Source: Eledone cirrhosa
Lineage: Eukaryota
Assembly: GCA_964016885.1 (NCBI GenBank)
Contig: OZ024757.1
Coordinates: 23,064,001 to 23,128,000, forward strand
Length of the DNA stretch: 64,000 nucleotides
Reading direction: 5' to 3'
Shown here: in pieces, positions 13,838 through 25,639 of the stretch
How the letters are laid out: every line of letters starts with the position of its first letter
Numbering within the stretch: the first letter of the stretch is position 1
The notes under the pieces: model-generated
Database searches by the model: none
What the model was told of the DNA's origin: nothing
Seen by the model: the letters and a program-made list of their open reading frames with translations, nothing else
Position numbers and translations under genes: made by a program

Positions 13838-14022
13838 TGTTTCTACTTTAGGCACAAGGCCAGCAATTACCCAGTGCATTACTGGTACTTTATTTTATCG
13901 ACCCCGTAAGGATGAAAGGCAAAGTCAACCTCGGCGGGATTTGAACTCAGATCGTAAAGGGACGTAACTATGCTTGAAAGCATGGCGTCCGACCCTCTAC
14001 CGATACTGCCAAATCACCGCCG
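13838..14022 (-). mobile_element. tRNA-derived SINE family B
   Basis: Minus strand ggcggtgatttggcagtatcggtagagg..gagttcaaatccc..gcctttcatccttacggggtcgataaaataaagtaccag; flanked by repeated gttgagatattagatact (TSD). Confidence 0.9.
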
Positions 14023-15789
14023 TTGAGATATTAGATACTAAAACAAAAACATTCCTCCCATCACCAAACCAATGATATCCGTTTGTGGAAGTAACCTTCA
14101 AATATTTAATAGACGTATGTGTTGAGTCAGTTTTTGAGTTGTTTTATCTTGATTTAAGAGTGTGCAGAGCTAATAGTAGATTTCACTGGTTGGCACTGGA
14201 TAGTCTTCTGTGGTGTCCCCATGTGATATGTCACTCAATGAATTGATGACACACAATATATGCTCATTCAAACTAAGCACGTAGCCTCTCTCAGTTCTAA
14301 GACCGACCTGTGCAGCGAAAAGCCACATCCTACACAAGGTGCCTCCTATATGGCTATCATAGGATGGACAAGCAGAACAGGTCTGTTCTAGAGAAGAAAG
14401 CTTTGATAAAAATCCTGCTTGTCTCATAGTAAACAGTAACACATGTGATGATCATCAGTTTAATTAGATGACCTCGGTGTCATGAATGTCATTGGCTTTG
14501 CAGATGATTAACTATTAATTCAACAATGGGTTGGAACAATTTCTCCAGTTAACAGAGAAATCTATGAGTATGCAGGTGTGGTGAGTCACATATATTCTAG
14601 CCATTAGAAAAAGCAAAATGAATGCTTCAGCTTCAAAGATGGATGATTCAAGAAGAAAATCTTGATTTACTAATCAGCAGCAAAGTTGAAACGTTTCTTT
14701 GGTTTATAAACTCTTTGAGATAATTATTAATACTGGCTGCTAGTTTATTCTTCATCTTCTCTTTAACTTCTATATTTCCATTGATTTTTACACCAATTTT
14801 TATGATTTTGTCTTTGATAAAATTATATGTAGCATTATTTTGATTGAAGGTTAGAAAATACAATGGGGAATAAAGAAAGGGAATTTTTATTTCACATGGT
14901 AGTTTATTAAATTGCATATCTGCGTTGTTTAGTCAGAAGTTATGAATATGAAATCTTTACAAGAAAATGATGAAACCACAATAACATTCATAATTTTCAT
15001 GTCTCAGATTGAAATTAACAATGGACCGTTGAAACACAAGTGATTTGTGATTTCTTTCATGTAAATGTGATGAAAGATAATAATAAAACACACAAAATTA
15101 AACAGACAGTTTGAATGCGAAAAATGAAAGCTATTTGAAAATTCTTTTGCGATTTAAGAAGGCAGAAAATAATTGAAGGAAAACTAATCACTTGAGATAA
15201 ATTAATTATATTGACACATTAAACAATAATGACATTTTCTTTCGTGTTTTCTCACAAAATTAATGAAAAACATTGTCTTCGCTAAAACCTGTAAATTTAC
15301 ATCTTGACAAAAAGTCTCTCATCTTCTTAAATTTTAGATGACATAAGCTGCTTTGATGAAAGAGAATTATCTTATCTGAACAACTGAATATATGTATGTT
15401 TTGGTGCAACAATAAAATGTACCCAGTTCATCTTGTTAGATGGTCGTTTTGGTGCTAAAATAAAAACCACCCAATCCACTCTATTGGATAGTCATTTTGG
15501 TGACACAATGAAAAGTACATAGTCCACACTGTAAACATGGTTGGCATCAGAAAGGATATCCAACTGTAGAAACCAAATCAAAATAAAGATCCTTATGAAC
15601 AAAGCGTGGTAACCTGATTTGACTTGTCTCATAATGTGACAATCCATCTAACCAATGCAAGCATGGCAAATGGATGTTAAATGATGATGATGATGATACG
15701 TGTCCACCTATAATAGCTGATAGTGTCATAGAGGCACCATAGGGACACATAGCGTTTGTTAGGCATTAAATACCTGGCAGATCAATTCT

Positions 15790-16360
15790 AAACATTTTGT
15801 TACCATATTTCTAATGAAAAGCACTGTCTATGATTTTAAAATCATTTTAGAATAATCAAGAATTTTGAGGTATTTAGTAATATAATCATCATTAAGTTGG
15901 ACTTTAGAACATAACTTAACTCCCTCTCTCTTATGATGGAAGGTTTTTAACTAAAAAATAAAATCTTGAACCCTTTCATTATCATATTTCTAATTTAAAA
16001 AATAACCTATAATTTTCAAATCATTTTGAAAATAATCAAGAATTTAGATGAAATCGGTAATATAACTAACTTTATCATAATTAAGTTCAGTTTGGGACAT
16101 AACTTAACCAAGGTTTTTATGTGAAATTATGATGGAAGGATTTTAGCTAAAAATAAACACATTAACTCTTTCATTACCATATTTCTAATGAAATTCACTG
16201 CCTATGGTTTCCAAATAATTTTGAAAGAAACAAAACAAAAACAAATCGAGACTAGTGGAAGGATTTAATAACGTAACTAACTCTCCCATTAATACGCTGG
16301 TATTTGGAACATAACTTAACAAAGGTTTTTTACATAAAATTATGATGGAAGGTTTAAGGT
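15790..16360 (+). repeat. three tandem ~190-bp fragments of a piggyBac-like MITE end
   Basis: Recurrent ta(c/t)catatttctaat..gaacataacttaac..ttatgatggaagg; ccctt/ttaa-type end. Confidence 0.6.
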
Positions 16361-16372
16361 AAATATCAAAGC

Positions 16373-16648
16373 ATGGATGAACTGAGGGAGAAACTGGGTA
16401 TAAGAAGAATCACAAGTAGTGTACAGGAGAGAAGACTGCAACGGTATGGACATGTGATGTGCATGGATGATTATTTCTGGGTGAAGAAGTGCCAAATAAT
16501 CCCAGTGGAGGGAGACCACAGTGGAGGAAAACGAAGAAAGATCTGGATGGAAGTGATGAGAGCTGATCTCAGATCTCATCACTTCCAGATAGAGAGATGC
16601 TGTTTGAGAAGGACCTGTCCAACCCATGCAAATGTGGAACAGATGTAA
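16373..16648 (+). mobile_element. RTE LINE ORF C-terminal fragment
   Basis: ELREKLGIRRITSSVQERRLQRYGHVMCMD..VKKC..VEG...GKRRKIW. Confidence 0.85.
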
Positions 16649-16650
16649 AA

Positions 16651-17358
16651 TAATTGTTTCTACTTTTGGCAACAAGGCTAGCATTATCCCAGTGCATTAC
16701 TGGTACTTTATTTTATCGAATCCTGTAAGGATGAAAGGCAAAGTTAACCTCGGTGGTATTTGAACTCAGACTGTAAAGGGGCGTAACCCTATGCCTCAAA
16801 GCATGGCGTCCGACCCTCTACCAATACTGCCAATCCACCGCCCTTGCCAATCCAAATAATGGTTTCTTATATAGGCACAAGGCCAGTAATTTGAGGGGAA
16901 GGGAAAGTCGATTAAATCGACCCCAGTGCGTGACTGGTACTTTATTTTATCGACCCCCCATAAGGATGAAAGGCAAAGTTAACCTCGGTGGTATTTGAAC
17001 TCAGACTGTAAAGGGCCGTAACTCTATGCCCTCAAAGCATGGCGTCCGACCCTCTACCAATACTGCCAATCCACCGCCAATCCAAATAATTGTTTCTACT
17101 TTTGGCACAAGGCCATCAAATACCCAGTACATTACTGGTACTTTATTTTATCGACCCCCGTAATCCAAATAATTGTTTCTACTTTAGGCACAAGGCCAGC
17201 AACTACCCAGTGCCTCACTGGTACTTTATTTTATCGACCCCGTAAGGATGAAAGGCAAAGTCAACCTCGGCGGGATTTGAACTCAGATCGTAAAGGGACG
17301 TAACTATGCTAGAAAGCATGGCGTCCGACCCTCTACCGATACTACCAATCCACCGCCT
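16651..17358 (-). mobile_element. cluster of four head-to-tail SINE B copies
   Basis: Copies at ~16651, 16857, 17086 (partial), 17170, each separated by aatccaaataat. Confidence 0.9.
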
Positions 17359-17584
17359 TAATCCAAATAATGATAAGGAAACAACCCAGTATTGTCCAAA
17401 CGGAGATGGTTCCAGATGGTTTCGTATCTAAAGGGTTAACATTTTCTAGCAAATCTGGGGTCATCTGCCACAGATTGAAAATTACATTAAAAACTCTAAA
17501 ACAACATTAAAAACTGTTAAATTACAAAAAATAACTACAAAACAATTCTAGTTTTATTATCTTTTATCATATTTCTGTCAATGG

Positions 17585-17819
17585 CAATTACAGCTGATTG
17601 TTAACCTCATACTCTCTCTCTCTCTCCCTCTCTCTCTTTATCTCTCATACTCTCTCTCAGACTATCTCTCTCGCAGACTATCTCTCTCTCTCTTTATCTC
17701 TCATACTCTCTCTCAGACTATCTCTCTCGCAGACTATCTCTCTCTCTCTTTATCTCTCATACTCTCTCTCTTTATCTCTCTCTCTCTCTCTCTCTTTATC
17801 TCTCATACTCTCTCTCATA

Positions 17820-17855
<36 letters not shown>

Positions 17856-18499
17856 ATCTCTCATACTCTCTCTCTCTCTTTATCTCTCATACTCTCTCTC
17901 AGACTATCTCTCTCTCTCTCTTTATCTCTCATACTCTCTCTCAGACTATCTCTCTCTCAGACTATCTCTCTCTCTCTTTATCTCTCATACTCTCTCTCAG
18001 ACTATCTCTCTCTCTCTCTCTTTATCTCTCTCATTACAGCTGATTGTTAACCTCTCTCTCTCTCTTTATCTCTCTCATTACAGCTGATTGTTAACCTCTC
18101 TCTCCCTCTTTATCTCTCTCATTACAGCTGATTGTTAACCTCTCTCTCTCTCTCTCTTTATCTCTCTCATTACAGCTGACTCTCTCTGTCTATCTTTATC
18201 TCGCCCATTACATCAGATTGTTAACCTCTCTCTTTCTGTCTCTCTCTCTCTCTCTCTTACACTTTCTCTCTCCCATAACACCTGATTGTTAACCTCATAC
18301 TCTATCTCTCTCTCTCTCTTTCTCTGTCTGTCTTTCATAATCTCTCTTACTGTCTCTCTTTATCCCTCTCTTTCTCTCTCTCTCTCATACTCTCTCTCTC
18401 TGTCTACTCCTCTCTCACCCTCACTCTCCTCTGTTTCTCAGTTTTGTCTCTCTTTCAACCCCCCCCCCTTCTCTGTCTCTCTATCTGTCTATGTTTCCA

Positions 18500-18533
<34 letters not shown>

Positions 18534-18536
18534 TGC

Positions 18537-18602
<66 letters not shown>

Positions 18603-18631
18603 CTGTCCCTCTCTCACACACACACACACTG

Positions 18632-18663
<32 letters not shown>

Positions 18664-19000
18664 TCTGTCCCTCTCTCTCACATACACACACACTCTCTGT
18701 CTCTCTCTCTCTCACACACATACAAATTTGCTCTCATAATAACCCCATCTCCCTCTCTCTCTCACACCTTTCTATCTATAACTAACACACAAATACACAC
18801 ACACACACACTCTCTCTCACACACACACACACTCTCTCTCTTTCTCACACAAGCATACTTCCTCTCTCTCACACACAGCAGACACACACGTTTGCTCTCT
18901 CTATAACTAATCCCTCTCTCTCTCTCCTGTTCTATCTATAACCAACACATAGACACGCTCTCTCTCTCTTCCTTGCTCTCTCTCTATATATATAACCAAT
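17585..19000. repeat. (TC)n/(CA)n compound repeat with attacagctgattgttaacctc units
   Basis: Direct reading. Confidence 0.9.
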
Positions 19001-19009
19001 AACTACTTC

Positions 19010-19560
19010 CACCACCATCACCATATCTCTCTCTCTCTCTTTCTCTCTCACCTTTGCTCTTTTTCTCCCTTCCTATAGCCAACATTTACCACCACTAACC
19101 CCACTACCACCATCACCATATCTCTCTCTCTTTCTCTCTCACCTTTGCTCTTTTTCTCCCTTCCTATAGCCAACATTTACCACCACCATCACCATATCTC
19201 TCTCTCTTTCTCTCTCACCTTTGCTCTTTTTCTCCCTTCCTATAGCCAACATTTACCACCACTAGCCCCACCACCACCACCACCACCATATCTCTCTCTC
19301 TCTTTCTCTCTCACCTTTGCTCTTTTTCTCCCTTCCTATAGCCAACATTTACCACCACTAGCCCCACTACCACCATCACCATATCTCTCTCTCTCTCACC
19401 TTTGCTCTTTTTCTCCCTTCCTATAGCCAACATTTACCACCACTAGCCCCACCACCACCACCACATCTCTCTCTCTCTATCTCTCTCTCTCACCTTTGCT
19501 CTTTTTCTCCCTTCCTATAGCCAACATTTACCACCACTAGCCCCACCACCACCTTTGCCC
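19010..19560. repeat. ~65-80-bp minisatellite
   Basis: Unit core ctcacctttgctctttttctcccttcctatagccaacatttaccacca, ~7 copies. Confidence 0.9.
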
Positions 19561-19930
19561 TCTCTTTCACCTGTTGCTACATCTGTTACTAGGTTACAAT
19601 AGCCACAGAGATAATACTCACTTTGCTTCTTCAAGAAACCCTGTCAGCCATTGTAAAGAATCTGTATATATTTTAATCAGGTCTCCACTTGATTCTCTTG
19701 ATAATAACTCCTACACCAATTAGGGAGACATTATTTTACCGAGGTTAACTTTGCCTTTCATCCTTAAAATAAAGAACCAGTAATGCACTGGGTATTGCTG
19801 GCCTTGTGCCAAATGTAGAAACAATTATTTTATGCTCATTCTTCCAGATTTAATGAAAACACTACACATACACACATGCATACTTATATTACAGCTGTCT
19901 ATGAAACATATCTATCTATCTTTATATATA

Positions 19931-20588
19931 CAGGGTGCGGACGATATTTGTTCGCAGGATTACTGTCTAGGAAAAAATAACACAGTAGTTTTATTTTTTA
20001 AGATTTATTTATCAAACTTGGGTCAGTTTGTCTTCATGACTTGTTCTTTCGATCTCATTCGATAAACCCGCCATTGGCTTTGATGACAGCCTCAAGGTGG
20101 TGGCCTCGGAACCGGCTACAGGCCTTCGTCACTGTCCCCCAACTTAGGCCCCTAAAGGCACTTGAGATCCTGGCCTTCAGATCGTCTTTCGTATTGCAGC
20201 TAGATCTGTTGGTGTCTCGGTCCACTGTACGTGCCACAAAGAAGTCGAGGGGGTTGCAGTCAGGCGAGCTGGGAGGCCAAATGTCAGGTGAAGTGTGGTC
20301 GACGAAGTTCTCTGACAGCCAGGCTTGGGTCTTTCGGCTGGTATGGCAGGGTGCTGAGTCTTGCTGCCAAACGTACGGCCTACCTGCAGCTACCTGGTTG
20401 ATCCAGGGCTTTACTACCTCGCTCAGAACGCGGATGTAGCCATCGGTGTTCAGCTTGAGGCCCTCAGGGAAGAAGTGAGGTGGCATGATGTCACCTTGAC
20501 TGCTGACGACACCTAAGACCAATGTTGTTGTTGGAAACTTTGTCTGCATGACTCTGGGCACGTCTTTGGATGAAACAGCAAGCCACCT
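19931..20588 (-). mobile_element. 5'-truncated maT (DD37D) Tc1/mariner transposon with right TIR
   Basis: TIR ta|cagggtgcggacgat; transposase frame open from 20588 to stop at 20055. Confidence 0.9.
20055..20588 (-). pseudogene. DD37D transposase catalytic C-terminal half
   Basis: QQDSAPCH..WPPSSPDCNPLD with 37 residues between the 2nd and 3rd D; ends AVIKANGGFIE*. Confidence 0.9.
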
Positions 20589-20739
20589 ATATATTATTAT
20601 ATATATATATTATTAGGGTAAATATTGATGCAATTCAATTCAAGCACTCAACGTTCTTTTTCCACATAGGAGTGACGGAGTAAATATCGAATAAGGAAAA
20701 GCGAAGTAGTTTCAGATGTTCAAGTCCTTTAATAATAAT

Positions 20740-20918
20740 TGTTTCTACTTTTGGCACAAGGCCAGCAATTATTCCAGTGTATTACTGGTACTTTATTTTA
20801 TCGACCCCGTAAGGATGAAAGGCAAAGTTAACCTCGGCGGGATTTGAACTCAGTCCGTAAAGGGACGTAACTGTGCTGCAAAGCATGGCGTCCGACCCTC
20901 TACCGATACTGCCAATTC
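20740..20918 (-). mobile_element. SINE B inserted in the left palindrome arm
   Basis: Flanked by duplicated aataat; absent from the right arm. Confidence 0.9.
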
Positions 20919-20924
20919 AATAAT

Positions 20925-20998
20925 GCTGTGATATATATTTCTATGACGACACTGGCCACACTGTTCTGTGTGCGAGTGTCGTGTCATCATCAGACAGC
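20925..20998 (-). ncRNA. type I hammerhead ribozyme (inverted copy)
   Basis: Reverse complement of 21179-21252 with intact core. Confidence 0.8.
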
Positions 20999-21178
20999 TT
21001 GTTACATAATAAGGTTGCTTCCGAGGCAATCCAAACTGAATCGACATGGAAACGGATGAAGTTCGTGCTTTGGGGTTTTTCACAAGGGAACGGATGAAAA
21101 ACCCAAAAGCATGAACTTCATCCGTTCCCATGTCGATTCAATTTGGATTGCCTCGGAAACAACCTTATTATGTAACAA

Positions 21179-21252
21179 GCTGTCTGATGATGACACAACA
21201 CTCGCACACAGAACAGTGTGGCCAGTGTCGTCATTGAAATATATATCACAGC
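21179..21252 (+). ncRNA. type I hammerhead ribozyme
   Basis: gctgt-CTGATGA-long stem II (tgac..cacac/gtgtg..gtca)-GAAA-t[atat]a-TC-acagc; stem I gctgt/acagc. Confidence 0.85.
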
Positions 21253-21422
21253 ATTATTATTAAAGGACTTGAACATCTGAAACTACTTCGCTATATATAT
21301 ATATATATATAAAGAATTAGTATATCTACCAACATATATATACAGATGCATACCTATGCTAGCAAATATATAGGTTTTGTCTTAGTAACTTTGTCGTTCA
21401 ATGCAAGGGGGTGCAGAACAAT

Positions 21423-21585
21423 TATATGAAAGACGTAAAATAAGAAGATTATAAAAATTAACTTACTAAAATTTCACTCCAACTAATTAGTTTCTGAAAG
21501 GGAATAAACATAGTTTCAGAAACTAATTAGTTGGAGTGAAATTTTAGTAAGTAAGTTAATTTTTATAATTTTCTTATTTTACGTC

Positions 21586-21594
<9 letters not shown>
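21423..21594. repeat. fold-back palindrome with 3' half of a hammerhead
   Basis: Arms 21423-21499 / 21514-21594; GAAA-c[taatta]g-TT; same tail also at ~5970-6012. Confidence 0.8.
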
Positions 21595-21630
<36 letters not shown>

Positions 21631-21828
21631 GAAATATCCATGGTTGATTGTGGGGTGATTGCTTTTGACAATATATTCCTTGTTTGATATTTTGTAACTA
21701 ACCTTACATAGATCGATAACGAAATATGCGTTCGATGTATTATTATCACCTAAAAACGATCGTGAAGCAGTGAAGTATATTCCTAATGACTTGAATTTTT
21801 ATTTCATTGTTTTAACTTATATATATAT

Positions 21829-22276
21829 AGGAGGAGGTTATAGTTCACTTGAAGCATTGTGTAATGAGGTATAAACGTTTGAATATGTATAATAAAGCCA
21901 AAACAATGCAGGTATGGACATAGAAAAAGAATGCAATTGCAAAAGATATTGTTGACAATTCGTCTTTTACCTTAGATTTATATTAAACGTCCTTAATTTT
22001 TGAGATAATATCTCTTCTTCAGAGGGAAATATAGGTCTCAAACCAGCGTTCTAAATATCTTGTCAAGCCATGCTGCCAGGAAATAGTATAGAGTATCTGT
22101 TCTATCTCTAATGTCAAAGAGATATGAAGAAGAGATATTATCTCGAAAATTAAGGACGTTTAAAATAAATCTAAGGTAAAAGACGAATTGTCAACAATAT
22201 CTTTTGAAATTGCATTCTTTTTCTATGTCCATACCTGCATTGTTTTGGCTTTATTATACATATTCAAACGTTTATA
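21829..22276. mobile_element. TA-flanked fold-back element with degenerate hammerhead core
   Basis: Arms 21870-22021 / 22125-22276; (c)tgaaga-a-gagat-att-atctc-gaaa at inner ends. Confidence 0.75.
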
Positions 22277-22799
22277 TATATATATGAAAATAGAATGAGA
22301 AGCTTTCACCATATATTGACAACAGAAAAAAGTGTAATATTAGCAAATATGAACACACCCCATAACATATACATGTTATAACTTTTTTTTGTTTTGGGGG
22401 TTATTATGCCCTAATATTACACTATTATTCAATTATGACTTACGGGGTCGATAAACTAAAGTACCAGTCACGAACTGGGGTCGATTTAATCGACTTACCC
22501 CTCCTCCAAAATTGCTGGCCTTGTGCCTATATAAGAAATCATTATTCAATTATGACTTTCTTCCTTCTGAGTTTAAATCCAGCCAAGGTGAACTTTGCTT
22601 TTCCTCCATTTGAGGTTCATATACCAGTTCATGTACCAGTTAAATGCTGGGGTTAATATAATTGACAGTTGTCTTCCCTTCAAATTGCTGGCCTTGTGCC
22701 AAAAGTAGAAACAATATATGGTAAAATATTTTCAAAGATTTCAATTGCTGCTGTATTCAAATTCACACGTGCTTACTCATATATATTGAGTGAGAGAGA

Positions 22800-22804
22800 G
22801 ATAA

Positions 22805-22858
<54 letters not shown>

Positions 22859-23058
22859 GTATATAAATATATATATATGTATATATATATATGTATATAA
22901 ATATATATATATATCATCATCATCATCATTTTACATCCGCTTTTCCTTGCTTGTATATATATATAAATATATATAAACATATATACATAAACATAAATTC
23001 ACATATATATATATATATATATATATGAATATATATATATTTATATATATACATATAA

Positions 23059-23095
<37 letters not shown>

Positions 23096-23218
23096 AATAT
23101 ATATATAACTACATATATGAATATATTTAAATACATATATAAATATAATAATATATATATAAATATATATATATATGTAAATATATACATACATACATAC
23201 ATATATTTATATATACAT

Positions 23219-23249
<31 letters not shown>

Positions 23250-23280
23250 TATATATACATATACATATATATATCTTTTT
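22800..23280. repeat. (TA)n microsatellite
   Basis: Direct reading. Confidence 0.95.
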
Positions 23281-23702
23281 CTATAGTATCACTATGGGTG
23301 CATCAGAATTTTATTGCTGTAAGACAATGTATATGCACTGAAAAGGAAAATCCTGCTCGCCTTTTATATATACTTAGATTTCTTGATACATTCCTCTAAA
23401 TGTGTGTATGCATGTGTATGCACATTACCTGCATTTGTATGCACACTGCATACATATTTACAAATATATTCATGCATGTAAATTTCTCTCTCTGTTCTTC
23501 CCCATTAAAGGTTATAGAGAAACCAGACTAATGTTTCTCAGTATGTGCGTTGAGTTCTTTTCACTGTTTGCACTTGTGAACCTGCATAAATAATTATAAG
23601 TACATTTAACCTGGGAAATAGTATTATATGTAAGTAAAGGAATAACTTCTGCACTAATTAATGTAGGTTGTGTATGTGATATATATATATATATATATAT
23701 AT

Positions 23703-23967
23703 TCATTTCATTTCATTTCATTTTACGTCCGCTTTTCCCTGCTTGCAAGGGTGGGACGGGAACTGATTCTGGCTTGATTTCTACAGCTGGATGCCCTTCC
23801 TAACACCAACCTCATTTACAGTGAGTGCTGGGTGCTTTGTTGCCGTGGCACCTCCACGACCACTTTGCAGTGGAATGATATGGACCCCAGTCCCTATCAT
23901 ATCATTTCTACAGCTGAGTAAACTGGAGCAATGTGAAATAAAGTGTCTTGCTCAAGGAAACAACACA
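23703..23967 (-). mobile_element. SINE A, 5' truncated
   Basis: Reverse complement of the 3928 copy tail and middle. Confidence 0.9.
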
Positions 23968-24214
23968 GATACAACTATATATAAAGGTCAACAATTTAGG
24001 GGAAGGGGAAAGTTGATTATATTTATCCCCAGTACTTTACGTTGCTCCAGTATAGTCAGTTGAAAATGAATACCAGAAATAGCTGTAGGTTTAACTCTGT
24101 TATGGACTGGTGTCCTGTCCAGGGGTAAGTCTTGTACTTTCAGTCGCTTCACACTACAGAAACCAAGATAAGCATTGGCCTGCTGAGCCTCCTGGTTTAT
24201 GACAGACTTTAGAC

Positions 24215-24590
24215 CAGGGGTGTGCAACATATTCCATTGACGGGCCACTTTTGAACATTGGAACAACTATTAGAGTCAGTCACTGTTGATAATATGTAAT
24301 CTAATGAAAACCAGTGAATTGAGTCATAAATACATTGCGAATACATTTTTAAACAATAAAGACAAATAAAATATAATTTGGTTTTATTAATGTGAGACTT
24401 GGTATTTAGTATATGTCAACTAACAGAAAATTATATTACGGTTACAAAAAAAAATCCTAAATGATGACTGTTTTCAATTTTTACCTGGTACGTTTGTACA
24501 AGGTAAAAATTGAAAACAGTCATCGCGGGCCACTCTGACTGGTCTGGCAGGCTGGATTGAAGCTCACGGACTGCCTGTTATACACCCCTG
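24215..24590. mobile_element. hAT-type MITE
   Basis: TIR caggggtgtgcaac / gttatacacccctg; 8-bp TSD ctttagac/ccttagac. Confidence 0.85.
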
Positions 24591-25315
24591 CCTTAGACTT
24601 ATTTTATCAATCCTAGAAGGGCACAAATCAAAGTGGACTTCAGCAGGATCTGAACTCAGAACATAAAGAGCTATCAGTAAATTCTAATGAAGCATTTTGT
24701 CCGACACTTTAACAATTCTACCATTCCAATGATATTAATTGTTTGAACAACTCTCTTATATCATGTAATAATTCATATTGGCAATATAGTACAGGCTTTA
24801 CATCATGTTTTCATCTGAAGGCGAACAGACTCGCAATTGGTTCTAACACCTTAATAATAATTTGCCACTTACACCTTTCTGGAAACTACTAACAGAAAGT
24901 ATTGTGATAGTTGTGTGAGCAGTTGATGAAATTTACCACAAATGACATAGATTTATGTTAAAGCTTTAGGGATGGCTTTAAAATGGAAGATTTATGCTAA
25001 ACGTGCAACTATTGAAGAGAGATTTCTGTTGTTGCTGCTGTTGTTGTTGTTGTTATGATACCCATACACATATACTTGCCTATGTGTATGCACACACACA
25101 CACACACACACACTAACATACACACACTAACACACAGGCATTCAGATATAAATGGATATATGAAACACATACACATATACTGGGCTATGCGTATGCACAC
25201 ACAAACACACACACACTAACACACACACACACACACACATTAACACACATGATTTCAGACATACATGTATAAATGGATATATGAATTGCACACACACAAA
25301 CATATACACATATAC

Positions 25316-25638
25316 GGCTTAGTGGTTAGAGCATTGGGCTTGCAATCGAAAGGTTGTGAGTTCAATTCTCAGACCAGGTGATGTTGTTTCCTTGAGCAAG
25401 ACACTTTATTTCACATTGCTCCAGTTTACTCAGCTGTAGAAATGAGATATGACTGGGGTCCTTATCATTCCACTGCAAAGTGGTCGTGGAGGTGCCACGC
25501 AAAAAAAATCACCCAGCACTCACTGTAAATGAGGTTGGTGTTAGGAAGGGCATCCTGCTGTAGAAATCAAGCCAGAATCAGTTCCCGTCCCACCCTTGCA
25601 AGCAGGGAAAAGTGGACGTAAAATGATGATGATGATGA
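25316..25638 (+). mobile_element. SINE A
   Basis: Near identical to the 3928 copy. Confidence 0.9.
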
Positions 25639-25639
25639 T

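Larger units (their letters stand above)
20616..21291 (+). mobile_element. hammerhead-bearing fold-back element (head + inverted arm + forward arm)
   Basis: Arms 20701-21082 (interrupted by a SINE) and 21095-21291; TA tracts on both sides; head motif aagcactcaac..ggagt at 20642. Confidence 0.85.

Noticed and set aside
14170-14917. Unique-looking DNA with 89-90-aa ORFs and possible splice sites
   Set aside because: No recognisable domain, and the candidate exon has stops in all frames; a UTR or small exon cannot be excluded
20701-21291. Interpreting the fold-backs as ordinary TIR MITEs or terminators
   Set aside because: Left arms are offset from the TA boundary by a head, lack transposase-type termini and contain hammerhead folds
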